Shown here one piece after another: positions 40,258 to 51,239 of a stretch of 64,000 bases of DNA. Source of the stretch: Phycisphaerae bacterium (GTDB lineage Bacteria > Planctomycetota > Phycisphaerae > WQYP01); assembly GCA_051955985.1 (NCBI GenBank), contig JBQCGD010000036.1, positions 4,306-68,305 of the forward strand. The letters run 5' to 3'. Below the pieces are notes generated by a model. It had not been told where the DNA came from. It searched no databases and saw only the letters and a list, made by a program, of their open reading frames with translations. The position numbers and the translations under genes were made by a program. How positions within the stretch are numbered: position 1 is the stretch's first letter; each line of letters opens with the position of its first letter.

Positions 40258-40451
40258 GCACCGCTCAACCGTGCCGACAGTTCCTAACGCGTACCTCAGC
40301 CCAGGAGTTCCCTCCTATCAGTGCCGACCCCGAAGCATGTCCCCGGACGCCATCCCCCCGACCCCAGTCCCTAAACCCCCCACAACGCCCGCGCAAAAAA
40401 AAGCCGCAGGACACCATCCCACGGCTCTCAAATCTGCATCCCCCTCCCCCC

Positions 40452-41039
40452 TCACTTCACCACCTTGTAATCCGCCAACACCATCGTCGACGTCGCTTTC
40501 ATCGGCTCCTGGATGTCCGATACCGTCTTCACCATCCCCCCCGGCACCTCCTCCGCCTGCCACACCTTCACATGCGCCGTCATCGGCCGCGGCTCCGTCG
40601 CCACCACCGTCATCTCCCGCGTCGTCGCATCCACGCTCTTCCCGTTCACCTCCACCTTTTCCTTCCCCTCCTTCATGTCCTTCACCTCCCCCTTCACGTT
40701 CGGCGGAACCCCCATCTTCTCTTTATCGATCTTCGCCGGCACCTGCTGCTGCCGCGGCGGCATCGTGTGCGTCTGACCCATCACCACCGTCTCCGATGAT
40801 ACCTCCAGCACCACCGCCTCCGGTTTCACCTCCACCAGCTTCTCCGTGATCGTCATCTGCGGCGACGGCATCGCCATCGGCATCGCCATCTCCATGCTCT
40901 GCTTGTACGTCACCGTCGTCCCCGGCTTGTACTTCGCCCATGACGTGTACGCCGGATTATCCACCTGCTCCGCATGCACTGCCCCCGCAAACCCCGCCAC
41001 ACACGCCGCAATCGACAGACAACGCACCGGTAGCCGCAT
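40452..41039 (-). CDS. Secreted hypothetical protein
   Basis: Signal peptide ending VHA; NPAYTSWAKYKPGT and W.AEEVPGGMVK motifs. Confidence 0.8.
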   Translation of the reverse strand: MRLPVRCLSIAACVAGFAGAVHAEQVDNPAYTSWAKYKPGTTVTYKQSMEMAMPMAMPSPQMTITEKLVEVKPEAVVLEVSSETVVMGQTHTMPPRQQQVPAKIDKEKMGVPPNVKGEVKDMKEGKEKVEVNGKSVDATTREMTVVATEPRPMTAHVKVWQAEEVPGGMVKTVSDIQEPMKATSTMVLADYKVVK

Positions 41040-41231
41040 AATCAGTTCCTTGTTTGTAAAAGTAATCCTCTTCCCGAAAGAGTTGCTCGGCCCGCGCCGA
41101 TCCTCCCACTATAGGCGACATTCCCCCCCGCGTCACCGCAATAAATCGCACCCATGAAAGCAGGCCGCCCGACGCCCTTACCAGCGCGTCGGACGGCCCG
41201 TACGACATTCACATCCCCGCAAACCCCCCGC

Positions 41232-41747
41232 CTAGTTCACCGCCCCCGACCCCTCAAGCCGCAGCAATTCCCCGCAATTGATGATCCGGTCAATATCCAG
41301 CAGCATCTTCACCGTCTTCCCGATCTTCCCCATCCCCAGGATGAAATCCGATTCCTCGCTCCCCATCGTCGGCGCATCCTCAATGCTCTCCCCCGGGATG
41401 TTCAACACCTCCGACACCCGATCCACAATAATTCCCGTCGAACACTTCCGCCCCTGGTTCTCCACCTCCACCACAATAATGCACGTCTGCTCCGTCCGAT
41501 CCGTCGGCGCCATCCCGAACTTCGCCCGCAGATCCACCACCCCGATCACCTGCCCGCGCAAATTGATCACCCCCTTCATGTACGCCGGAGTCTGCGGCAC
41601 CGCCGTGATCTCCATGCACCCGATGATCTCCCGCACCTTCAAAATCCCGATCCCGAACTCCTCGCTCCCCAGCGCAAACGTCAGGTACTTCCCGCCCCGA
41701 TTCACCGTCTGAATGCCCGCCGCTTCCGGAACCGCGATGTTCCTCAT
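41232..41747 (-). CDS. cheW: Chemotaxis coupling protein CheW
   Basis: KYLTFALGSEEFGI, VPQTPAYMKGVINLRGQVI and GIIVDRVSEV. Confidence 0.96.
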   Translation of the reverse strand: MRNIAVPEAAGIQTVNRGGKYLTFALGSEEFGIGILKVREIIGCMEITAVPQTPAYMKGVINLRGQVIGVVDLRAKFGMAPTDRTEQTCIIVVEVENQGRKCSTGIIVDRVSEVLNIPGESIEDAPTMGSEESDFILGMGKIGKTVKMLLDIDRIINCGELLRLEGSGAVN

Positions 41748-41763
41748 GAAATGCTCCGTAGTT

Positions 41764-41802
41764 AAAAAAAAAGGAGAGAAGCGCGTCCCCGCGCTTCTCT
41801 CC
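41764..41802 (-). terminator. Strong intrinsic terminator-like hairpin between the MCP gene and cheW
   Basis: 13-bp perfect stem GGAGAGAAGCGCG / CGCGCTTCTCTCC followed by U9 on the minus strand. Confidence 0.75.
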
Positions 41803-41815
41803 CGGTCTTCACAAC

Positions 41816-43396
41816 TTACTTCCCGCTGAATTCCGCGAATGCCGCGTCATTCGGGGCGTGGTCGTCCGGCATCGGGATCGCCCGCTTTGCCGCCGCCTTC
41901 GGCAACACGCTCTTCGTGGCGCTCTTTGCCGGGGCCGCCGCGCTCGCGTGTCCCGTAAATTCCCCGGTCGTGCGCCGCCCGTTCACCAGCACCGTGAGGT
42001 CGCTCACGATGCGCTTCACTTCGTTCGCCTGGCTCGAAAGCTCCTCCGCCGCCGCCGCGGATTCCTCCGCCGCCGCCGCGTTCGCCTGGACCACCTTGTC
42101 CATCTGCGAAACCGCCGTGTTCACCTGCGTGATCCCCTGCGTCTGCTCCGTCGATGCGCTGGCAATCTCGCCCACCAGCGCCCCAGACTTCGCCGCCGAC
42201 GTCGTGATCGCCTGCAGCACCGATGCCACGTCGCTCGAGATCGTCACGCCCGACTTCGCGTTGTTCACCGACTGCTCGATCAGGTGCGCCGTGTTCTTCG
42301 CCGCTTCCGCGGACCGCATCGCAAGATTCCGCACTTCCTCCGCGACCACCGCAAATCCCTTGCCGGCCTCCCCCGCACGCGCCGCTTCCACCGCCGCGTT
42401 CAACGCCAGCAGGTTCGTCTGGAACGCAATCTCGTCGATCACCTTCAAAATCTTCGCCGTCTCCCCGGCGCTCTTCTCAATCTCGTTGATCGCCGTCGAC
42501 ATCCGCGTCATCGCCTGGTTGCCCTCTTCGGCCGACTTCTGCGACTCGCCGCTCAGCGTGTTCGCCTGCTGCGCCGTCTCCGAATTCCGCCGCGCCATCG
42601 AGGAAATCTCCTCCAGCGCCGACGTCGTCTCCTCCAGGCTCGCTGCCTGCTCGCTCGCGCCCTGCGCAATCGCCTGGCTCGACGAGGAAACCTGCGTCGC
42701 CGCCGAAGCCAACTGGTCCGCGCCCGCCCCAAGCACGCCCGATATCCGCGACAAGATCCGCACCAGGCTCCGCACGATGAAGAACGCCATCCCCAGGCCC
42801 GCAATCAATGCGCCCAGCAGCCCGATGATGATCCCCGTGCGCGCACTCTGCGCCGCGCTGTTCCCCATCGTCCCGCACGTGTCCCCGTACTTCGTGTTCC
42901 AGTCCGTGACCACCTGGATCTGCTTCTCCGCCGCTTCCACCGACGGCACTACCTCCGTGAACAGCAGCTCCGTCGCTTCTTTCGTCTTGAGCTCCCGGCT
43001 CAGCGGCAGCACCTTCTCCCGCTCCTCACCCACCTTCGCCCGCAGTTCCTTGAACTGCTCGAAATTCTTCCGGTCGTCCTCCTGCGAGATCTGACCCTCG
43101 TAGGCCTTCATGTCGTCTTCCGTCTTCTGCACCGAAACCTTCAGCCTCTCTTCCACCGAGGCCGTCATCTCCTTCGTCGGCGCCAACACGTGCTCCAGCA
43201 GCAGCGACATGTTGTTCTGCATGTCCTCGTTCAACGCCCCCGACAACACCACCCCCGGCAACGCATCCGCCGTGATCCTGTCCATCTCGTGCGTAATGCG
43301 CGACACCTCGTAATACGCAAACATCCCCAGCCCTATCGTGATGGCCAGGACCCCGCAAAACCCCATCGTAATCCGTCTTCCGATCGTGAGTGCCAT
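41816..43396 (-). CDS. Methyl-accepting chemotaxis protein with a 4HB_MCP-type sensor
   Basis: Two TM helices; [37 protein letters not shown]; C-terminal FAEF pentapeptide-like tail; GGAGG SD. Confidence 0.95.
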   Translation of the reverse strand: MALTIGRRITMGFCGVLAITIGLGMFAYYEVSRITHEMDRITADALPGVVLSGALNEDMQNNMSLLLEHVLAPTKEMTASVEERLKVSVQKTEDDMKAYEGQISQEDDRKNFEQFKELRAKVGEEREKVLPLSRELKTKEATELLFTEVVPSVEAAEKQIQVVTDWNTKYGDTCGTMGNSAAQSARTGIIIGLLGALIAGLGMAFFIVRSLVRILSRISGVLGAGADQLASAATQVSSSSQAIAQGASEQAASLEETTSALEEISSMARRNSETAQQANTLSGESQKSAEEGNQAMTRMSTAINEIEKSAGETAKILKVIDEIAFQTNLLALNAAVEAARAGEAGKGFAVVAEEVRNLAMRSAEAAKNTAHLIEQSVNNAKSGVTISSDVASVLQAITTSAAKSGALVGEIASASTEQTQGITQVNTAVSQMDKVVQANAAAAEESAAAAEELSSQANEVKRIVSDLTVLVNGRRTTGEFTGHASAAAPAKSATKSVLPKAAAKRAIPMPDDHAPNDAAFAEFSGK

Positions 43397-43757
43397 GCTA
43401 CCTCCAGAAAAAGCCAATGCGCCACCCCGACAGGAACACGCATTCCTTTCGTCAGGAGCGATTGGATTTACTTCCTCGAATTGATGCCCAGGATGTTGAA
43501 CGGCCTGTGCAGCCGCCGACGCGCTCTCCTTCACCAGCACGCCCGCTCAACAAGGCACACAGTCACCTTGTCCAGCCACCCATTTCGATCGGACCAACTA
43601 CGCAACAGCGTTATATCCAACCCCGCCCTTTTTGGGGAAAAACACGCAAAAACCCCTCCCCCAAACAGGGCCTCCGCAATCACCCCAACACAAAGAGGGA
43701 AGCACCTCCCGCCGCTCCCCTGCACGCTTCCGCAGGTCTTTCATCCCCTCCGCGCGC

Positions 43758-43796
43758 AAAAAGAAAAGGCCGCGACCTTGCGATCGCAGCCTCTCT
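43758..43796 (-). terminator. Intrinsic terminator after rpsA
   Basis: Minus strand AGGCTGCGATC-GCAA-GGTCGCGGCCT followed by a T-tract. Confidence 0.7.
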
Positions 43797-43800
43797 TCTC

Positions 43801-43856
43801 TCTTCCGTCTTCAGTCTTCCGTCTACTGACTTCCGACTTCTGACTTCTGACTTCTT
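43801..43856 (+). repeat. Heptamer tandem array (WCTTCYG-like)x8
   Basis: tcttccg tcttcag tcttccg tctactg acttccg acttctg acttctg acttctt. Confidence 0.85.
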
Positions 43857-43865
43857 AAAACAAAC

Positions 43866-45602
43866 TTACCCTTCCAAGCCCCCCTTGTACTTCTTCGCCG
43901 GCTTGTTCGGATCTTCCGGCGTCTCGCCGCCCGTGTCGGTGCCCGCGCCCCACTGGGCACGCTTCAGCGACAACCCGATCTTCCGATCGTCGATGTCCAC
44001 CCGAAGAATCTTCACCTCCACCTCGTCGCCGATCTTCACCACGTCCGTCGGGTTCTCCACCTTGTCGTCCGAAAGCTCGGACACGTGCAGCAACCCTTCC
44101 AGGCCCGGCTCCAGCTCGACAAACACGCCGAAGTTCGTGATCTTCGTCACCTTGCCACGCACAATCATGCCCGGCTGGTAGTTCGTCGGAATCGCATGCA
44201 GCCACGGATCTTCCGTCATCTGCTTCAACCCGAGAGCCACCCGATTCTTCTCCTGGTCCACGCTCAGAACGACGCACTGAATCTCGTCGCCCTTCTTCAA
44301 AAGCTCGCTCGGGTGAGCAACCTTCTTCGTCCAGCTCAAATCGCTCACGTGCAGCAAGCCGTCGATCCCCTCTTCGATCTCGACAAACGCGCCGTAGTTC
44401 GTCAGGTTCCGAACCTTGCCCGTGATCACCGTGCCCGGCGGATACTTCTCGGCCAGCAGCGTCCACGGATTCGCTTCCGTCTGCTTCATGCCCAAAGAAA
44501 TTTCCTGCTTCGTCTTGTTCACATCCAGCACCACCACTTCGATCTCTTCCCCAACCGAGACCATTTCCGAAGGATGATTGATGCGCTTCGTCCAGCTCAT
44601 CTCGCTGATGTGCACCAAACCTTCCACGCCCTCCTCCAGCTTCACAAACGCACCGTACGACATGATGTTCGTCACGGTCCCCTTCACGCGGGTGCCCACC
44701 GGATACTTCTCCTCGGCATGCTCCCACGGCGAAGCCTGCTTCTGCTTCAACCCCAGCGCAATCTTCTCTTTTTCCTTGTCCACATTCAGCACCATCACCT
44801 CGATCTCCTGATCGAGCTTCACCATGTCGCTCGGGTGGTTGATCCGACCCCAGCTCATGTCCGTGATGTGCAAGAGGCCGTCAACTCCGCCCAAATCGAC
44901 AAACGCCCCGAAGTCGGCAATGTTCTTGACCGTCCCCTTGCGCGTCTGCCCAATCGTGATCTCGTTGAACAGCTTCTGCTTCGCCTCGCCACGCTGCTTC
45001 TCGAGAAGCTTACGGCGGCTGATGACGATGTTGCGGCGTTCGAGGTCGATCTTGAGGATCTCGGCGTCGATGGTGCGCCCAATGTACTCCCCAATATCCG
45101 CCGGCCGGCGAATATCCACCTGCGACGCCGGCAGGAACACCGGCACGCCAATGTCCACCAGCAACCCACCCTTGATCTTCCGCGTAACCTTGCCGGCAAC
45201 CGGATCCCCTTCCTTCTTCGAATTGATGATGTTGTTCCAACCGGTAATCCGGTCAGCCTTCCGCTTGGAGATAATGACGAGCCCATTGTCCGACTCGACC
45301 TGCTCCAGCAGCACCGTCACTTCATCCCCCACCTCCACATCCGCCTGCTCTTCCGGATCCCACTCGCGCTGCAGCGACAGGACGCCTTCCGACTTCAAGC
45401 CGATTTCAACGACGACATCATCCCCATGAATATTGACGATCTTCCCCTTCAGAATCGTCCCATTGGCAAACGACTGCCCGGTCGAATCGAGCAGCGCCCC
45501 GATTTCGTTGGAGTTAAACTGATCTTTGTATTCCGTTTCGATAGCGCCCAGGGACTGCGCTTCATCCATCCCCAACTCGCGCAACAACGCAAAATTAACC
45601 AT
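43866..45602 (-). CDS. rpsA: 30S ribosomal protein S1
   Basis: Six S1 repeats (e.g. FGAFVDLGGVDGLLHITDMSW); probable start MVNFALLREL. Confidence 0.97.
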   Translation of the reverse strand: MVNFALLRELGMDEAQSLGAIETEYKDQFNSNEIGALLDSTGQSFANGTILKGKIVNIHGDDVVVEIGLKSEGVLSLQREWDPEEQADVEVGDEVTVLLEQVESDNGLVIISKRKADRITGWNNIINSKKEGDPVAGKVTRKIKGGLLVDIGVPVFLPASQVDIRRPADIGEYIGRTIDAEILKIDLERRNIVISRRKLLEKQRGEAKQKLFNEITIGQTRKGTVKNIADFGAFVDLGGVDGLLHITDMSWGRINHPSDMVKLDQEIEVMVLNVDKEKEKIALGLKQKQASPWEHAEEKYPVGTRVKGTVTNIMSYGAFVKLEEGVEGLVHISEMSWTKRINHPSEMVSVGEEIEVVVLDVNKTKQEISLGMKQTEANPWTLLAEKYPPGTVITGKVRNLTNYGAFVEIEEGIDGLLHVSDLSWTKKVAHPSELLKKGDEIQCVVLSVDQEKNRVALGLKQMTEDPWLHAIPTNYQPGMIVRGKVTKITNFGVFVELEPGLEGLLHVSELSDDKVENPTDVVKIGDEVEVKILRVDIDDRKIGLSLKRAQWGAGTDTGGETPEDPNKPAKKYKGGLEG

Positions 45603-45837
45603 GAACCAAAAAACCTTTCCGTCGGAAAAAACCGCCCGCTCACCGCTCACATATAGCCCCGGGCTTGCCCGAGGTCATGCCGCAAACAGAACCATCTCAC
45701 CGACTCACACGACAACCTTTCCCGCCAGGCCCGGACCTCCCGAACCCGACCAAATCCACCGGCGTCATCGCAGAACCGGCGCCGCAACAGGCGAACACCC
45801 CCAAAGGGCATTTCGGTAACCTACAGCGGAAGGGAAA

Positions 45838-45867
45838 ATTGTAGCAGAAACGCCTCTCCCACGGCAA
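45838..45867 (-). promoter_or_regulatory. rpsA promoter candidate
   Basis: Minus strand TTGCCG-18 bp-TACAAT with TGn extension. Confidence 0.55.
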
Positions 45868-46027
45868 CAAACACGAATTTTTTGGCCAACCCCCCACTCT
45901 TGTGATATATACCCCTGTACGTGGGGTTTAGAATGGAGAAGGATCCGTCCGCGCGGAGAAGTCGTCCAACGCGGTTTTGCCTCGCCAACCCCAACACACA
46001 ATTCGTCCGCATTGGAGTCCGCCCCCT

Positions 46028-49000
46028 ATGTCAAAGTACCTCTGCCCCTCCTCCGCCGCATTGTTCCTAATCCTCGCAACCACCTCTTCTCTCCACGCCG
46101 CCACCGACGGCTGGCTCCAGGGCCACACCGGACTTTGGACCGAACCAACCAACTGGACGCTCGGCGCTCCCCCACTTTCGACCGACGACGTTGAATTCCT
46201 CGGCGACGGCACGACCGCGACCTACACCGTCGACTCACCGACCGGCGTACAATTGAATTCGATCTACATCAATTCGCCGAAAGCCGCCGTTTACCTCAAT
46301 TCCCCTCATATCCCTCTCATCGATGTCGAGGCTGGGTATGTCGCCATCCATGGCGGACTTTCTAATACGACTCTCATGGGATTTTCCCGATATACCACCG
46401 TCGTCGGCAACATCACCAATTCATACATCTCCAATGTGACCCTCTCAGGTCTCCTCCGAATCCTCAGCGCCCCTGTCACCGGCACCCTCACCTTCAACAA
46501 CGGTGAACTGCACCTCGGCAACCTTCTTTCCGGCAACGTCTCCGATGTCGCTGGCACAGTCGCTGGAAATGGCTCCATCCAGGGAACAGGCACAATCGTC
46601 TTCGACGGCCCCACCATTGGCCAAACCATCTCCTCCTATGGCTTTTCAACCATCCCGGCCGACATCACGCTCACCAACGGTTACGGTGACATGCAGCTCG
46701 GCAACGTGACGAATTCCGGCTCCATCATCGTGACCCCAGGTCATTACCTGATCGCTAACAGTGGCTTCGTCAACAACGGAACCCTGTCGCTGAATCAGGG
46801 AACGCTCCTTCTCAATGGCTGGAACACCGCCAACTCCCTCGGAAACGTTACAAACTCGGGTGGACGCGTCGTCGACAATGGCGCCCTTACCGTCCCCGGA
46901 GGAACTTTTGATATCGACGCCACCTTCGGCGCACCCCTCACGCTCACCGGCAATGTCGACGCTTCCCACATCACCGCCTCCGGTGGCTCCACCCTCACAC
47001 TCGCTCCCATCATCAATACGTACAGCGGATCTCCCGCTCCCCAGCTCAATGTCACTTTCACCGCACCAAACATCACCTTCTCAGAAGACGTCTATGTCGT
47101 CCCCTCTTCCCTTCAGGGCGCTGCCAGGTTTCAGGGCGATCTCACCCTCGACAATCACACAATGACCCTCGGCTTTGGTGCCAATGTGAAGGTCGCCGGC
47201 GCCATCCTCGGCACCGGCAATATCGTCTTCAACGGCTACCCTTCCGGCGGCACCTCGCTTGTCTCTGTGATCTCCACAACCGCTTCCTCACTGACAATCG
47301 GAAGTGGCGTCACCATCGGCACAAACCCCGCCACGCCCACACTCACTGCCCAGATCGGACTCCCTAACACCGGCCTCCTCAATCAGGGAACCATCACCAG
47401 CGCCGCCGGAACCTTGTCCATCTACGGGAATTACTGGCAAAATCAGGGCCTTCTCTCCATTACCGGCGGCGTGCTGCAACTCTACGGACCTGTCCGCACC
47501 AGCGACTTGGGAAACATCTCCCACACCGGCGGTCTCCTCAGGTTTTCTGGTCTCTTTGAAAATGCCAACTCCACCTTCACCCTCACTCCTGCCGCCGGTG
47601 ACTGGGTTGCTTCCAACGCGACTATCCACGGTGGAACCATCGTGAGCGCCGGCGGCTCCATCAATCTCAACAGCGGCCTGGCGCCACCTTCGATGCCGTC
47701 GCCCTCCAGGGCGATTTCTCCGCCGCCGGACTTCAGTCCTTCTCCTTCACAAACGGCCTCACTCTCTCAAACGCAACTCTCCGTATCGCCTCCGCTCTCG
47801 CCGGTGTCGGCGACAACACCATCAGCGGAAACGGAACCATCCTTCTCGCCCAAAGCACCTGGTCCGCCTCCTTCCTCTATTCCCCAGTCATTTCCAGCAA
47901 CGGCACACTCACACTCGGCCCCGGCATTACCGTACGCTCACAAATCAACTCCTCAAGCTTCGGCCTCTCCTACTCCCCAATCAACCTCGTCAATCAAGGA
48001 TCCATCACCGCAGGCGGAACCGGCAACGCAATCGCTCTCTTCGGCAACATCACCAACCAGGGAACCATCGCTGTCACCGGCGGCGCAAACCTCACAATCG
48101 GAACGCTCCTCAATTCCGGGCAGGTCACCGCCGACGCTACCGCCGTCACCCTCACCGGCCCCATCACAAACACCGGCAACATCTCCCTCGGAAATTCCAC
48201 CCTCCTCCTCAGCTACTACGACCCCAACCAAACCCTCGGCAATTTCTCCCACACCGGCCCAACCGCCTTCGCAGGAAATATCTCCAACGTCCCCGCGCCC
48301 ATCGATCTCGCCAATACCATCTTCGGCCCAGCGACCATCAACACCGGCACAACCTTCAACAACGTCACCCTCACCTCTTCGAACGGCCCCATCCTCGTCC
48401 CTGCCCTGATGACTCTCAACGGCACTCTCGCCGCCAACACCACCATCCCCGCCGGCTCCAAACTCTCCAGCACCCTCCTCTCCCTTCAGAACGCCAACGT
48501 TTCCCTCCAGTCTTCCTCCTCTCTCCCCGCTATCCTCTCCGCAACCGAAATCGCCGGTACCGGAACCATCCGACTGGACGGAAACCCCATCTTCGGCGTA
48601 CAAAACATGCTCTCCTCCAACCAAAACCTCACTATTGACTCCGGCGTAAGCGTTAGAACCGGAAACGCCGGCGGGATTCTTTACGCCTACTCCCAAACTA
48701 TCAACTACGGCCTCATCTCGGTCGAAACACCCGGCGCCGCGATCGCCTATGCCGGTTCCCCTAACCCTGTATTGAACAACAAAGGCCTCATCTCTATCAC
48801 TGCCGGCGCCATGTTCCTGCCAGCCAACACACAAAACTCCGGCACCATCTCCCTCGCCTCCAACGGAACCCTCGTCATCCCCTCCTTCAACTCCATCAGC
48901 GGAACTTTTTCTCGCACCGGCGGAACCGTCGCCTACACGGGCAATCTCACCGGAACCGGCAATACCATCGATCTCAACAACCCCTTCTGGGGCCCAATCT

Positions 49001-50268
49001 CCCTCGATCGCTCCAACGTCTCCAACCTCACGCTCACCTCCTCCGCGGGCCCCGTCGCCATTGTTTATACGAAGAACCCCAGCGGCGATTTCCGCCCGGA
49101 CACGCTTCTGTCGAATGTAACCTTGGGAACGGACATCGAAATTCAGCCCGGCGGAACTCTCGAGTTTGCCAACACCGTCACACTCAACAACAAGACTATC
49201 CACCTGAATGGTTCAAATCGCGCGAACGCAACCCTCATCCTCAACCTCGGAACGTTCTCCGGAAACGGAACCTTATCTTTCGATGGCGGTTCGCAATTTA
49301 ATTCCATCACCAACGCCTACCAGATTCCCGCCGGCGTCACACTCCAGACCGGAACCGGCGGCGGAACCATCACCCAGGGATCAATGTTCACCCCATACTT
49401 CGCCGTTGACGGCACCATCTCCGCCCAGACCCCCGCGACCACAATCTCTCTTTCCCTTCCCACCAGCCCCCTGCTCATCCAACCCGATGGCGTCGTCCAG
49501 GCGATCAACGGCGGCAACATCGCCATCAGCGGACCAGCCGCAAATTCAGGCCTCCTGACCATCGACGCACCCGGTTCCATCACTTGCACCTCCACCTTCA
49601 CAGAAAACGGCCCCGGCACGCTCGCCGGAAATGGCACCTTGAACGCATCCAAAATCGCCGGAACCTGGAACATCCCGCTCTCCGTCCATATCACAGGCAC
49701 CGGAATGAATTCCGTCGCTTCCCTCTCCTTCGCCAACGCCGGCCAACTCGATATTGGTGCCGCCGATCTCCAAATCACCTCCTCAACCGGCGACCTCTCC
49801 GCCGTTTCCGCCCAAGTCGCTAGGGCATTCAACGGAGGATCTTGGGATGGTATCGGCGGGATCACCTCCTCTGCCTTGACCCCCCGCGAAGGCATCGCCG
49901 TCATGACTGGCGCCGACTACCGAGCCGCGACCCGAAAAAGCAGCCTCGACGGCGCACTCGTCCTCACCAACAACCTCCTCCTCAAAACCGCACTCCTCGG
50001 CGACGCCAACCTCGACAACCAGGTCGACCTCTCCGACCTCTCCACCGTCCTCAACAACTTCGGCCAAGCCTCCCTCTCCTGGACCCACGGCAACTTCGAC
50101 TACGCCCCCACCATCGACCTCACCGACCTCTCCGACGTCCTCAACCACTTCGGCCAATCCCTCACCACCCCCACCCTCGCCCCCGACACCCCCACCCCAA
50201 CCCCCGAACCAACCCCCCTCGCCCTCCTCACATTGGCCGCCCCGTTCCTCTACAAACGCCGTCGCTAA
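46028..50268 (+). pseudogene. Frameshifted large beta-helix-like surface protein with a dockerin/EF-hand-like domain and PEP-CTERM tail
   Basis: Signal peptide at 46028. G/T/N/S-rich repeats in frame 2 continue in frame 1 from about 47680 (frame 1 is open 47602-50268). C-terminus has GDANLDNQVDLSDL and TPEPTPLALLTLAAPFLYKRRR. Confidence 0.82.
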
Positions 50269-50505
50269 CCCCTCCGCACCCCGCCAAAAACCGCCCCAAA
50301 ACGTACCCAAATCGCCCCCATTCGTACCAAACCCCCCCTCGAACCCGTCCACACCTCACCCCAAACCCGCCCAAAACCCTCCCGCACCCCTCCAATCCCC
50401 CCCCAAAACCCTCCCGCAGATCGCAAAACGAGGTGCGGGCCTGACACGAGGCCGCATCAGACCCGCACACCGATTCGGGAGCACGTTTACCTATTTTCTC
50501 GCCCC

Positions 50506-51006
50506 TTACACCTTGGGCGGCGGCCAACGCCGCAACGTGATCGTACCATAATCGTTCACCGAGGTGAACGACAAATACAACGCCCGCCCCTCCGCCTCCC
50601 CCTCAAACTTATACACCCCATCCGCAGTCGCCCCAAAGTCCTTCTCCCCCGTAAGTTCCACCTTCCCCCCCTGTCCCGGACTCATGAACAAAATAAACGT
50701 GAAATTCCGCGGTATCACGTTCGAATACACTTCCTGCATCTCCACCCGGAACCGCCGCCCCGCCGGATCCGTCGGCAAATTCTTCGACGTCGGCTCCTCC
50801 GTGATCACCGCCCGGCAAATCCCATTAAAATAATCGTGCCCGTTCGAATACCACTTCCCCTCCCACTTCCCCGCAATCGTATCCGCCGCATCCGCCACCA
50901 CCGGCGGCGACTGCTCATGCCACGCCCGATCAAACGACGATTGGCACGCCGGCAACAACGCAGCCAACATCAGCAGTGCCGAACACTTGGAGAACAAACG
51001 GGGCAT
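50506..51006 (-). CDS. Lipoprotein of unknown function
   Basis: LLPAC lipobox; GKWEGKWYS motif. Confidence 0.75.
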   Translation of the reverse strand: MPRLFSKCSALLMLAALLPACQSSFDRAWHEQSPPVVADAADTIAGKWEGKWYSNGHDYFNGICRAVITEEPTSKNLPTDPAGRRFRVEMQEVYSNVIPRNFTFILFMSPGQGGKVELTGEKDFGATADGVYKFEGEAEGRALYLSFTSVNDYGTITLRRWPPPKV

Positions 51007-51239
51007 TCAATTTCCTCCGCGGAAGGGGGGGCTCGGTCCATCCAAACGCTTTCACAAAAGCATAACCGCTCGCAACAGCCAGCGACAGAAGCGTTAGTTG
51101 CGCGCCGCCCCACAAAACTTCCCAAAAGTGGACCACCCCCGCCACCCCCGTCCTGCCGTCTCCCTGACAGCCTCCAAGACCGGGGGTAAGATGATGAACT
51201 TCCACAGGACGCAATTATTTCAGACCCAAGGAGCATTCG

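Noticed and set aside
43397-43620. c-di-GMP riboswitch or sigma28 promoter upstream of the MCP gene
   Set aside because: No GEMM consensus is visible, and the sigma28 match is too weak.
41858-45656. Long plus-strand ORFs opposite the MCP gene and rpsA
   Set aside because: Antisense shadows of well-supported genes.
47680-48409. Ser/Pro-rich 'mucin-like' tail of ORF 45977..48409
   Set aside because: Out-of-frame translation after the frameshift; the real reading is frame 1.
50270-50420. C/A-rich low-complexity tract with a 17-bp direct repeat (CCCAAAACCCTCCCGCA)
   Set aside because: Explained by the extreme local C skew; only two copies and no further structure.
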